From positions 3,662-67,661 of the forward strand of contig CAYGUB010000001.1 in the NCBI GenBank assembly GCA_964352845.1: 64,000 nt of DNA, read 5' to 3'. The position numbers and the translations under genes are program-made. The notes below the pieces were generated by a model. The model did not search any database. It saw only the letters and a list, made by a program, of their open reading frames with translations, and was not told where the DNA came from. Shown here piece after piece: positions 32,066-41,442 of this stretch (position 1 is its first letter; each line of letters starts with the position of its first letter). The DNA is from an uncultured Rhodobacterales bacterium. GTDB lineage: Bacteria; Pseudomonadota; Alphaproteobacteria; Rhodobacterales; Rhodobacteraceae.

Positions 32066-33028
32066 TTATTCGACTCCTGCGCGCAGGCAGTCATGGATAT
32101 GGATAATCCCGACAGGCCCCAAACTGTCTTCGGGGCAGACAAAAAGACAGGTAATCTTGCGCTCGTTCATCTCTGAAATGGCGCTTTCGGCAAGGGCATC
32201 GGGCGTAATCGTCTTCGGGTCGGGCGTCATCACTTCATTGGCGCTCATTGACAAAAGCCCGTCCATATGGCGCCGCAGATCGCCATCAGTGATGATCCCG
32301 ACAAGCTGACCTCCGGCGTCTATGACACCCACGACGCCAAAACTCTTCTCGCTGATGGTGATCAACGCATCAGACATGGCGGCATGGGCCGGGATCAAGG
32401 GCAGCTCCTCTTCTTTATGCATCAGGTCAGAGACTTTCAGCAGCCGCGCCCCAAGCTTGCCGCCCGGGTGGAAATCACGGAAATTCTCGGGCGTGAATTT
32501 GCGATGCTCCATCAGCGCGATTGCCAGCGCGTCCCCCAGTGCCAGCGTCATAGTGGTAGAGGTTGTAGGGACAATGCCCGTATCGCAAGCCTCGGCGGCT
32601 TCGGGCAAGCACAGGGCCACCTCCGACTGGCTCAGCAGAGTGCTTTTTGGCCTGCTGGCAATCCCGATCAGTGGGATCTGAAAGCGCTTGGCATAAGCCA
32701 GAACGTCGGCAAGTTCGGGCGTCTCACCTGAATTGGACAGCACAAGCAGTACATCGCCCTGCGCCATCATGCCCAAATCGCCGTGGCTGGCCTCCGCCGG
32801 ATGTACAAAATGTGCAGGAGTGCCCGTCGAGGCGAAAGTAGCAGCAATCTTCCGGGCAACATGGCCCGATTTTCCCATACCGCTGACGATAACCCGACCC
32901 CGCGCCGACAAGATCAGCTCCACGGCCCGCGAGAAATTCTCATCCAGTGTTTCAGCCAGACGGCGCAGCGCCTCAGCCTCACGTTCGATCACGCGTCGTC
33001 CGGTCGGCACAAAGGAGGTATCGGTCAT
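32066..33028 (-). CDS. kdsD: Arabinose-5-phosphate isomerase (KpsF/GutQ family)
   Basis: SGMGKSGH, HPAEASHGDLG, SNSGET, FHPGGKLG motifs and CBS pair; start ATG 33028. Confidence 0.95.
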   Translation of the reverse strand: MTDTSFVPTGRRVIEREAEALRRLAETLDENFSRAVELILSARGRVIVSGMGKSGHVARKIAATFASTGTPAHFVHPAEASHGDLGMMAQGDVLLVLSNSGETPELADVLAYAKRFQIPLIGIASRPKSTLLSQSEVALCLPEAAEACDTGIVPTTSTTMTLALGDALAIALMEHRKFTPENFRDFHPGGKLGARLLKVSDLMHKEEELPLIPAHAAMSDALITISEKSFGVVGVIDAGGQLVGIITDGDLRRHMDGLLSMSANEVMTPDPKTITPDALAESAISEMNERKITCLFVCPEDSLGPVGIIHIHDCLRAGVE

Positions 33029-33044
33029 GGCGCCACCTTTTTGC

Positions 33045-33656
33045 TTAATGCGCAAAGATATCAATCTCGGGCCAACCAGCCAGATCCAGCCGGGCACGCG
33101 TTGGAAGGAAGTCGAAACAGGACTGCGCGATCTCCATTCGGCCTTCGCGCTCCAACCGAGCGTTCAGCACATCGCGCAGCCGGTGCAGGTACAACACATC
33201 TGAGGCTGCATAATCCAGCTGCGCCTTGCTCAGTTCTGGCGCGCCCCAGTCGCTGGATTGCTGCAGTTTCGAGATATCAATCTCCAGAAGCTCTTGCAGC
33301 AGGTTTTTCAGTCCGTGACGGTCCGTATAGGTGCGGATCAGTTTCGAGGCGATCTTGGTGCAATAGACCGGCGCGGTCAACGCTCCGAAGGCATGATACA
33401 TCGCAGCGATGTCGAACCGGCCAAAATGGAACAGCTTCAGCACCTTTGGATCAGTGAGCAACCTGGACAGGTTCGGCGCGTCAGACTGTCCGACCCCGAT
33501 CTGAACCAGATGCGCATGCCCGTCGCCACCCGATAGTTGCACAAGACAAAGCCGGTCGCGATACGGGTGCAGCCCCATCGTCTCGCAATCGATGGCAACT
33601 ACCCGTCCCAGATCAAGGTCGTCAGGCAGATCGCCGCTGTAGAGATGGTTGGTCAC
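33045..33656 (-). CDS. Ribonuclease D-like 3'-5' exonuclease
   Basis: AIDCETMGL, RDRLCLVQL, QSSDW, YAASDV motifs. Confidence 0.9.
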   Translation of the reverse strand: MTNHLYSGDLPDDLDLGRVVAIDCETMGLHPYRDRLCLVQLSGGDGHAHLVQIGVGQSDAPNLSRLLTDPKVLKLFHFGRFDIAAMYHAFGALTAPVYCTKIASKLIRTYTDRHGLKNLLQELLEIDISKLQQSSDWGAPELSKAQLDYAASDVLYLHRLRDVLNARLEREGRMEIAQSCFDFLPTRARLDLAGWPEIDIFAH

Positions 33657-33721
33657 AGAATATCCTTTGCCCGTTTGCGTGCTGCATACGGGCTTTGGGA
33701 TATAGGTTCAATGCGTGCGCC

Positions 33722-34594
33722 TTAGTTCAAAAGCGCGCGCAGGTATTTGCCGTAATCTGTCTTGCCAAACTTATCGGCCCGCTCAAGCAGCTGATCATCG
33801 CTGATCCAACCGTTCACATGGGCGATCTCTTCCGGACAGCCGGTCTGCAGGCCTTGCCGCGATTGCAGCGTGCGGACAAAGTTCCCCGCGTCAAGAAGGC
33901 TCGCATGGGTTCCGGTATCCAGCCAGGCATAACCGCGTCCCATACGCTGCACGTCAAGCTGGCCATCATGCAGGTAGGTTTCCAGCAACGTGACGATCTC
34001 AAGCTCGCCCCGGTCGGAAGGTGTGATGGATTTCGCACGATCGGATGCCGTATTATCGAGGAAATAGAGGCCCGTCACCGCATAGTTGGACGGTGGGTTT
34101 ATGGGCTTCTCGATGATCTCGGTGACATTGCCATCTGAATCCATGCCGACCACGCCATAACGCTCCGGGTCTGTGACGCGATAGCCAAACACCGTGCCGC
34201 CATCGCTGCGCTTATCAGCGTCGCCCAGCAGTTCGGGAAGGCCATGGCCAAAGAAGATATTGTCGCCCAGAACCATCGCGCTGGGCGCGCCATTCAGGAA
34301 CTCCCTGGTCAGCAGGTAGGCTTGCGCCAGGCCGTCGGGGCTGGGCTGGATGATATAGGTGATCTCAATGCCCCATTGCGATCCATCGCCCAGCAGTCGT
34401 TGGAACTGCGCCTGATCTCCCGGCGTAGTGATCATCGCGATCTCGCGGATATTCGAGAGCATCAGCACCGAAAGCGGATAGTAGATCATCGGCTTGTCAT
34501 AGATCGGCATCAGCTGTTTGGAGACACCAAGCGTGATCGGGTGAAGCCGGGAGCCAGTGCCGCCAGCCAAGATGATACCTTTGCGATTGGTCAT
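33722..34594 (-). CDS. rfbA: Glucose-1-phosphate thymidylyltransferase
   Basis: KGIILAGGTGSRL, SKQLMPIYDKPMIYYPL, RGELEI, WLDTGT motifs. Confidence 0.97.
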   Translation of the reverse strand: MTNRKGIILAGGTGSRLHPITLGVSKQLMPIYDKPMIYYPLSVLMLSNIREIAMITTPGDQAQFQRLLGDGSQWGIEITYIIQPSPDGLAQAYLLTREFLNGAPSAMVLGDNIFFGHGLPELLGDADKRSDGGTVFGYRVTDPERYGVVGMDSDGNVTEIIEKPINPPSNYAVTGLYFLDNTASDRAKSITPSDRGELEIVTLLETYLHDGQLDVQRMGRGYAWLDTGTHASLLDAGNFVRTLQSRQGLQTGCPEEIAHVNGWISDDQLLERADKFGKTDYGKYLRALLN

Positions 34595-35439
34595 GTCGTT
34601 TCCTTTATCTGAGCGATCAGCGGCGCGAGTGAGCCTCGCCAATCCGGGCGCGCGATCCCGAAACTAGCCAATGTAGAGCTGCAATCCATCCGTGAATTAA
34701 GCGGGCGGACTGCATCGCTTTTGAATTCGGTGCTGGGCACGTCCTGCACATCGCAGTCAAGCCCGGCCACGTCAAAAATAGCGCGGGCGAAATCGGCCCA
34801 GCTGCAATCAGGCGCGCCGGATAAATGATAGATGCCGGTGCTTGACGGATCGGACATCAGGTGGCGCGCGATTTTCAGGCAGGCCTCGGCAATGGCACTG
34901 GCCGGGGTGGGGCCGCCGATCTGATCTGCAACGCAGGGGATGGCGTCTCTTTCATGGCCAAGCCGCAGCATGGTCTTGACAAAATTCGAGCCGGTTGCGG
35001 AATAGACCCAGGAGGTGCGCAGGATCACATAGGTGCCGCCAGCCGCCTCTATGCCCAGCTCTCCCGACCGTTTGGAGCGGCCATAGACGCCTTGCGGGTT
35101 GGTCGGTTGATCTGGCCGTTGTGGATGGTCGCCGGTCCCCTCAAACACGTAATCGGTCGAGATATGGATAAAGGGGATGCCCAGTTTTGCGCAGGCTTCG
35201 GCCATGGCGGCCGGTGCGTCCCCGTTGATCGTATTGGCACGTGACTGATCGGTTTCGGCCTTGTCCACCGCCGTGTAGGCCGCCGCGTTGATCACCGCGC
35301 TGGGCCGCAGTGATGCGATCTTGGCCGCGCAGGCAGCAGGGTCCATCAGATCAGCCTGCTGGCGGTCGAGCGCCTGAACCTCAGGATCCTTGCGCAGCTC
35401 TCGCGAGACCTGCCCGTTTTTGCCGAAGACAAGGATCAT
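34591..35439 (-). CDS. rfbD: dTDP-4-dehydrorhamnose reductase
   Basis: [37 protein letters not shown] motifs. Confidence 0.96.
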   Translation of the reverse strand: MILVFGKNGQVSRELRKDPEVQALDRQQADLMDPAACAAKIASLRPSAVINAAAYTAVDKAETDQSRANTINGDAPAAMAEACAKLGIPFIHISTDYVFEGTGDHPQRPDQPTNPQGVYGRSKRSGELGIEAAGGTYVILRTSWVYSATGSNFVKTMLRLGHERDAIPCVADQIGGPTPASAIAEACLKIARHLMSDPSSTGIYHLSGAPDCSWADFARAIFDVAGLDCDVQDVPSTEFKSDAVRPLNSRMDCSSTLASFGIARPDWRGSLAPLIAQIKETT

Positions 35440-36476
35440 GCCTTGGTGCCAAGCCGTGTGCCCACGCCCTCGCGGTTCTGGAGCGCTTTCCACCACGCTT
35501 CATTGTCGAGGAACCATTCGACGGTCTTGCGCAGGCCTTGATCAAGGGTGACGGATGGACTCCAGCCAAGCTCTGTGCGGATACGGGTTGGGTCAATCGC
35601 GTAGCGCAGATCATGGCCGGGGCGGTCCGCGACAAAGGTAATCTGATCGGCATAAGGCTTGGCAGCGGGCCGCAGGTCATCGAGTATTGCGCAAATCTTG
35701 CGCACAATATCTATGTTTGTCGCTTCATTCTCTCCACCGATATTGTAGGTGCGATGGTTCTCGCCCTTTTGCAAAACGGTCAGCAACGCGTCGGCGTGAT
35801 CCTCGACATAAAGCCAGTCACGCACGTTCTCTCCGGTGCCGTAGATCGGCAGCGGTTTGCCCGCCAGCGCGTTCAGGATCACCACCGGGATCAGTTTTTC
35901 GGGGAAGTGATAGGGACCGTAATTGTTCGAGCAATTCGTCAGGACGAAAGGCAACCCGTAGGTTTCCCCCCAGGCCCGGACCAGATGGTCGGACGCGGCT
36001 TTGGACGCGGAATATGGGGAGTTCGGCGCATAGGGCGTTTCTTCCGTGAACTGGCCTTCAGCGCCCAGCGTTCCATAGACCTCATCGGTGGAAATGTGGT
36101 GGAACCGGAACCCGTCGAAACGGTCGCGGCCTTCCCAGTATTTCAGGGCAGCATTCAGAAGGACGAAGGTGCCGTTGATATTGGTGTCGATAAAGGCGCC
36201 GGGCCCGTCGATGGACCTGTCCACATGGCTCTCGGCGGCCAGATGCATCACTGCATCGGGCTGATGCGTCTTGAACACGCGCGCCATGGCGTCGGCGTCG
36301 GTGATCGAGCATTTCTCAAACACGTAGCCCGGCGCGTTTGCGATCGGTTCGAGGTTTGCAAGACAAGCGGCATAGGTCAGGGCGTCAACATTGACGACCT
36401 CGTGCCCGTCTCGAATTGCCTGCCTGACGACGGCAGAGCCGATAAATCCTGCACCACCTGTAACCAGTATTTTCAT
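35436..36476 (-). CDS. rfbB: dTDP-glucose 4,6-dehydratase
   Basis: [36 protein letters not shown] motifs. Confidence 0.98.
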   Translation of the reverse strand: MKILVTGGAGFIGSAVVRQAIRDGHEVVNVDALTYAACLANLEPIANAPGYVFEKCSITDADAMARVFKTHQPDAVMHLAAESHVDRSIDGPGAFIDTNINGTFVLLNAALKYWEGRDRFDGFRFHHISTDEVYGTLGAEGQFTEETPYAPNSPYSASKAASDHLVRAWGETYGLPFVLTNCSNNYGPYHFPEKLIPVVILNALAGKPLPIYGTGENVRDWLYVEDHADALLTVLQKGENHRTYNIGGENEATNIDIVRKICAILDDLRPAAKPYADQITFVADRPGHDLRYAIDPTRIRTELGWSPSVTLDQGLRKTVEWFLDNEAWWKALQNREGVGTRLGTKA

Positions 36477-36509
36477 GCCTGCGATTTCCTCGTGAATGGA
36501 GAGTTGGGA

Positions 36510-37073
36510 TCAATAGTTAAACGGGCTTTCAAAATCGGCGAAGCTTTGGGCAGCGCCATCCTTTGCAGAGACAATGGCAGCATCCGGCGACACACCCCAG
36601 TCAATCGCCAGGTCGGGGTCCGCAAAATGCACAGCACCGTCCTGTTCAGGCGCATAGGTGTCGGTGCATTTATAGAGCAGTTCCGAGTCCGGCAACAGGG
36701 TAACGAACCCATGCAGGAACCCTTTGGGCACAAGCAGTTGCCTGCCGTTCTCCGCTGAAAGTTCTACGGCGACATGCTGCCCGTAGGTGGGAGAGCCTTT
36801 GCGTGCATCCACGGCTATATCCAGTACCGCCCCGCCCCCGCAGCGCACCAGCTTGTCCTGCGCGCGAGGCGGCGCCTGAAAATGCAGCCCCCGCACTGTA
36901 CCGACATCGCGCGACAGGGAGTGGTTGTCCTGCACGAAGTCCAGATCGTATCCCGCCTGCGCGAGAACATCCTTGTTATAGACCTCGGAGAAAAACCCGC
37001 GATCATCGCCAAATCGTTTCGGCGTCAGGATAACGACGCCCTCCAGCTTGGTGGTCTCGATCTCCATGATCAA
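36510..37073 (-). CDS. rfbC: dTDP-4-dehydrorhamnose 3,5-epimerase
   Basis: DDRGFF, VQDNHS, RGLHFQ, GFLHGF motifs. Confidence 0.97.
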   Translation of the reverse strand: MIMEIETTKLEGVVILTPKRFGDDRGFFSEVYNKDVLAQAGYDLDFVQDNHSLSRDVGTVRGLHFQAPPRAQDKLVRCGGGAVLDIAVDARKGSPTYGQHVAVELSAENGRQLLVPKGFLHGFVTLLPDSELLYKCTDTYAPEQDGAVHFADPDLAIDWGVSPDAAIVSAKDGAAQSFADFESPFNY

Positions 37074-37495
37074 AGCTCTCCGCTATGTTTCGCGCTTGGG
37101 TTATCAATCCCGGGCCGGGCTGTCACCCTTGGCGCCCAAAAATTCCGCTCATCATGCTGGCCAGCGCTAGCTGATAAACAGGGGCTCTATTTGTCCGAAT
37201 ATTTGTTATTTGGTCAAATGACTGCCCTAATTTCATGATCTCACCTGATCTTCGTAAACGAGGCGAACTCATGCAGGACAACAGAATCAAAATCCAGACC
37301 TGCCTATTCACCAGCATCGTTTTTTGGCCAAACTAACGAATAATTCGTGATTGTTGTCACACACCCCGACAATCGATTGGCAAAAACGGCGCATTTGGGC
37401 GGTGTGGCAAGGACACCCTTTGTGATCGAGCCGATTCGAGTCTAACAGAAGCGCGAAATGATCCGTTGAGGATCGGGGAACGAACGGAACATGTT

Positions 37496-38758
37496 ATGAA
37501 AGTCGTTATTTTTGGTCTTGGCTACGTAGGCTTCACCGCCGGGTGCTGCATCTCCAGCGAGGGGCACAGTGTTGTCGGTATTGATGTGAGCCAGGGCAAG
37601 GTGGATGCGATCAATGCCGGCACGGCTCCGATTGTGGAACCCAAAGTGCTCGACATGCTTCTGGACGCGCGCAAAAACGGGCGCTTCATTGCGGATACGG
37701 CCATCGGCTCTCACCTGGAAGGTGCTGACCTTGCGATTGTCTGCGTGGGCACGCCATCGGCTGCGGATGGATCGCATAATATGGGCTATATCGCCGATGT
37801 TTCGCGCCAGATTGCGGCAGCGATGAAAGGCACCTCGGGCAAGCTGGCCGTGGCCTATCGGTCGACCATTCGTCCCGGCACTATCGAGGAATTGATTCGT
37901 CCGATTTTTGAGGCCTCTTTGGGCGATGATGTCGATAACCGTATCGAGCTTGTCTATAACCCTGAGTTCCTGCGCGAAGGTTCGGCCGTGGACGACTATT
38001 TCGCTCCGCCGAAAATCGTAATAGGCACTGCGGACGGAAAACCGAACGCCGCGATGGAGCAGCTGAACGCCAATATCGAGGCACCTACTTTCTATGTTGG
38101 CTTCCGCGAGGCCGAAGTGACGAAGTTTGTCGATAATACATGGCATGCGGTGAAAGTGGCCTTTGCCAATGAAATCGGGAGGGTTTGCCTGCAATCGGGG
38201 ATCAGCGCCACACAGGTCCACAAGATTTTTGTCAGCGACACAAAGCTCAACATCTCTCCCTATTACACACGTCCCGGTGGGGCGTTTGGCGGCTCCTGCC
38301 TTCCCAAGGATGTTCGTGCCTTGCAATATATCGGGGCCGATACCGGATCGAACCTGCATCTTGTCGACAGTCTGATCCGCTCGAACGAGGCGCATAAACA
38401 TGCGCTGTTTGAATATGCCTCCGAAGAACTCGCTGCAGGTGCGACGATTCTGATGGCGGGACTTGCTTTCAAGGCGGGCACGGATGATCTGCGCGAAAGC
38501 CCAAATGTCGATCTCGCGCGAAAGCTGCTGGGTGCAGGGTTTGATTTGCGAATCTACGATCCGTCGATCAATGCCGATATGCTGGTGGGCGCCAATCTGG
38601 GCTATGCCTACAGCCAACTGCCAACGCTGGAGCGGATCCTGATATCCAAGGAAGAGGCAGAGGCCGGATCATGGGACCGCGTGATCGCAACCAATGCGAC
38701 GGTCAAGGAGTTGTCGCTGGGTGATGCGTCGCTTCGCGATCTCGGCACACTTCCATAG
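37496..38758 (+). CDS. Nucleotide-sugar 6-dehydrogenase, GDP-mannose dehydrogenase (AlgD)-like
   Basis: FGLGYVG, PIVEP, CVGTPS, NPEFLREG, KLNISPYYTRPGGAFGGSCLPKDVRAL, FKAGTDDLRESP motifs. Confidence 0.85.
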   Translation: MKVVIFGLGYVGFTAGCCISSEGHSVVGIDVSQGKVDAINAGTAPIVEPKVLDMLLDARKNGRFIADTAIGSHLEGADLAIVCVGTPSAADGSHNMGYIADVSRQIAAAMKGTSGKLAVAYRSTIRPGTIEELIRPIFEASLGDDVDNRIELVYNPEFLREGSAVDDYFAPPKIVIGTADGKPNAAMEQLNANIEAPTFYVGFREAEVTKFVDNTWHAVKVAFANEIGRVCLQSGISATQVHKIFVSDTKLNISPYYTRPGGAFGGSCLPKDVRALQYIGADTGSNLHLVDSLIRSNEAHKHALFEYASEELAAGATILMAGLAFKAGTDDLRESPNVDLARKLLGAGFDLRIYDPSINADMLVGANLGYAYSQLPTLERILISKEEAEAGSWDRVIATNATVKELSLGDASLRDLGTLP

Positions 38759-38776
38759 ACGGCCAAAGGGTAGAGA

Positions 38777-40030
38777 ATGCGGGACACGGATATGAACCAA
38801 GATATAGCGACGCCTCGGATGGATGCAATTCGAGCGGAGAAGCCTTTGGCCGGGCGCAAGATACTGATCATGGTCGAGAACCTGCCGCTCCCGTTTGATC
38901 GGCGCGTCTGGCATGAATGCCGGACCCTGACGGCTGCGGGTGCTCAGGTCTGCGTGATTTGTCCGACGGGCAAGGGCTACGAGAAGAAATATGAAGAGAT
39001 TGACGGCGTTCACATCTACCGCCACAACCTGCCGCTGGATGCCAAGGGCGCCAAAGGCTACCTGCTGGAATATGGCGCGGCGCTGTTTCATGAAATGCGT
39101 CTGGCCATCTGGGTAAATCGCCGTCACGGCTTTGACACGATACAGGCCTGCAACCCACCTGACCTGATGTATCTGATCGCCAAGCCCTTCCAATGGGTGG
39201 GCAAGAAGTTTGTTTTCGACCACCACGACATCAACCCGGAGCTTTATGAAGCGAAGTTCAACCGGCGCGATTTCTTCTGGAAACTGATGGTCTACCTGGA
39301 GCGCAAAACCTTCAAGAACGCCGATATCGTGATCTCGACCAATAACTCCTATCGCGAGATTGCGATGACCCGTGGTGGCATCAAGCAAGAGGATGTCTTT
39401 GTTGTCCGATCTGGCCCGGATCTGACCCGCCTTGAGGTGTCCGAGCCGGATCCCAAGTGGAAAAAGGGTCGTGACCACATGGTCGGCTATGTGGGTGTCA
39501 TGGGCGATCAGGAAGGTCTCGACCTGCTGCTGGAAAGCGCGCGCGAATTGATCATCGACAAGGGGCGCGACATCCAATTCGTCCTCGTGGGCGGTGGACC
39601 GGCCTTGGAAGACCTGCAGCAAATGGCGTCCGATCTCGGCATCGCCGATCATGTCACCTTCACCGGTCGCGCGCCGGATGCAGAACTCTTCAGCGTCCTA
39701 TCCTCTGCCGATGTCTGCGTGAACCCGGATCGGGTCAACCCGATGAATGACAAGTCGACGATGAATAAAATCCTCGAATATATGGCTTTTGGGAAACCGA
39801 TTGTGCAGTTCGATGTGACCGAAGGCAGGTATTCGGCCCAGGAAGCCTCGCTTTACGCGGAATCGAATAACACCTCTGATATGGCCGAAAAGATCGCATA
39901 TCTTCTCGACAACCCCGCGATATGCGAAGAAATGGGCAATTTCGGTCGCAAGCGGGTCAAGGAAGATCTCAGCTGGGATCATCAGGTAGATACATTGATT
40001 GCGGCCTATAAAAGGGTAGCAGAGAAATAG
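38777..40030 (+). CDS. Glycosyltransferase family 4
   Basis: ENLPLPFDRRVW, FDHHD, YVGVMG.QEG, NKILEYMAFGKPIV motifs. Confidence 0.9.
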   Translation: MRDTDMNQDIATPRMDAIRAEKPLAGRKILIMVENLPLPFDRRVWHECRTLTAAGAQVCVICPTGKGYEKKYEEIDGVHIYRHNLPLDAKGAKGYLLEYGAALFHEMRLAIWVNRRHGFDTIQACNPPDLMYLIAKPFQWVGKKFVFDHHDINPELYEAKFNRRDFFWKLMVYLERKTFKNADIVISTNNSYREIAMTRGGIKQEDVFVVRSGPDLTRLEVSEPDPKWKKGRDHMVGYVGVMGDQEGLDLLLESARELIIDKGRDIQFVLVGGGPALEDLQQMASDLGIADHVTFTGRAPDAELFSVLSSADVCVNPDRVNPMNDKSTMNKILEYMAFGKPIVQFDVTEGRYSAQEASLYAESNNTSDMAEKIAYLLDNPAICEEMGNFGRKRVKEDLSWDHQVDTLIAAYKRVAEK

Positions 40031-40079
40031 GGTTTGAGCCCACGCAATCCGATGCAACTAAATATAGTGTGAGGGCGAT

Positions 40080-41426
40080 TTGGTCGCGCATACATCTAGA
40101 AGAGCACTGAGGAATAGCCAAAGCACGCCTCCGCTGACCGATGCGGTCGGTGGCTCTGCGATGTTTACCTTCCTGATCATCTTCGCGATCTTCTCTCCGA
40201 TCATTCTCAATGTTGGCCCTATATCGCTACCAGCGCCACGTGTGATGGTGCTGCTGCTCTTCATCCCTGCGGTCTATAAATGGATCACCGGAGAATCGGG
40301 CGCGTTCCGTCTGATGGATTTCATCGTGCTGGCCTTCTCACTCTGGACGCTCATCGCGATGATGGTGGTTCACGGCCCCAGCCAACTTGAATTCGCCGGG
40401 GCGAACTTTCTGGAGACCTTCGGCCCCTATCTGGTTGGTCGCTGGTGTATTCGAAATCGGGCTGGCTTCGTTCGTTTCGTGAAGATCCAGTTCATTTTCC
40501 TTGTGGTCATTTTGCCCTTCGCTATTCTGGAGACGCAAACAGGCGATCCATTGATCATCCGCATCCTCGCCTCGGTCTTTGAGACACAGCTGATCGTCGA
40601 TCACGAAATCCGCCTGGGTCTGGAGCGCGCCCAAGCCGTCTTTCAGCACCCCATTCTTTATGGATATTTCGCCGCGGTGACCTTTGGTCTGGTCCTCTAC
40701 GTTCTCAATATCGGATCAACCTTGTGGAAGTCGATCTGGCGGATCGCGGTGGTGTTTATAAGCACCTTCCTGTCGCTTTCATCCGGGCCACTCGCCGGGT
40801 TCGTGATGCAGGTCATCCTGAGCGTTTGGGAATGGGCCACGCGGAATTTCAACTTTCGGTGGGGGATCATATTCACCTTCATCGGCATAATCTATGTGGT
40901 GATCGATCTGTTCTCGAGCCGGACGCCCTTTCACGTTTTTGTCACCTATCTGACCTTCAACACCGGGGCGGCTTGGAACCGGATCTTGATCTTTGAATAT
41001 GGGACACAGAATCTGCTGGCGAACCCAATCTTCGGGCTGGGCCTCAAAGATTGGGTCCGCCCAAGCTGGATGGTATCGAGCGTTGACAACTTCTGGTTGG
41101 GAACCGGCATGCGTTATGGCTTTCCGGGCCTGATCCTCCTACTGGCGTCGATGTTCGTTCTGATGTTCCAGCTGGGCCGCAAGAAGATCGCTGATCCCGC
41201 CATCGCTTCCATGAGGATCGGCGTGAACATGTCCTTGGTCGGAACCTTGTTCATTGGCGCCACCGTCCACCTTTGGGGCCCGGTCTACATCTGGCTTTGG
41301 TTCTTCATGGGTGCATCCATCTGGCTGCTGGACGACCAGCCAACAGATGAGGATCGCGAAGCCGCACAAGACCTCAAAACGCCTGCCCGCAAGCGCTTGG
41401 CACCCTATACGCGCTTTCCAAAATAG
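40080..41426 (+). CDS. O-antigen ligase / Wzy-type polymerase family membrane protein
   Basis: About 11-12 TM segments, RAQAVFQHPI, SLSSGP, PIFGLG, SVDNFWL motifs; start uncertain. Confidence 0.75.
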   Translation: MVAHTSRRALRNSQSTPPLTDAVGGSAMFTFLIIFAIFSPIILNVGPISLPAPRVMVLLLFIPAVYKWITGESGAFRLMDFIVLAFSLWTLIAMMVVHGPSQLEFAGANFLETFGPYLVGRWCIRNRAGFVRFVKIQFIFLVVILPFAILETQTGDPLIIRILASVFETQLIVDHEIRLGLERAQAVFQHPILYGYFAAVTFGLVLYVLNIGSTLWKSIWRIAVVFISTFLSLSSGPLAGFVMQVILSVWEWATRNFNFRWGIIFTFIGIIYVVIDLFSSRTPFHVFVTYLTFNTGAAWNRILIFEYGTQNLLANPIFGLGLKDWVRPSWMVSSVDNFWLGTGMRYGFPGLILLLASMFVLMFQLGRKKIADPAIASMRIGVNMSLVGTLFIGATVHLWGPVYIWLWFFMGASIWLLDDQPTDEDREAAQDLKTPARKRLAPYTRFPK

Positions 41427-41442
41427 ATCATCGGTGAACCCG

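Noticed and set aside
35310-36758. 482-aa plus-strand ORF antisense to rfbB, and similar long shadows opposite galE, dnaK, dnaJ, the dehydrogenase and GTs
   Set aside because: No recognisable motifs; explained by GC-rich codon bias of real genes on the opposite strand
37336-37375. Short palindromes in the rfbC/dehydrogenase divergent promoter region
   Set aside because: Imperfect and short; cannot be assigned to a regulator from sequence alone
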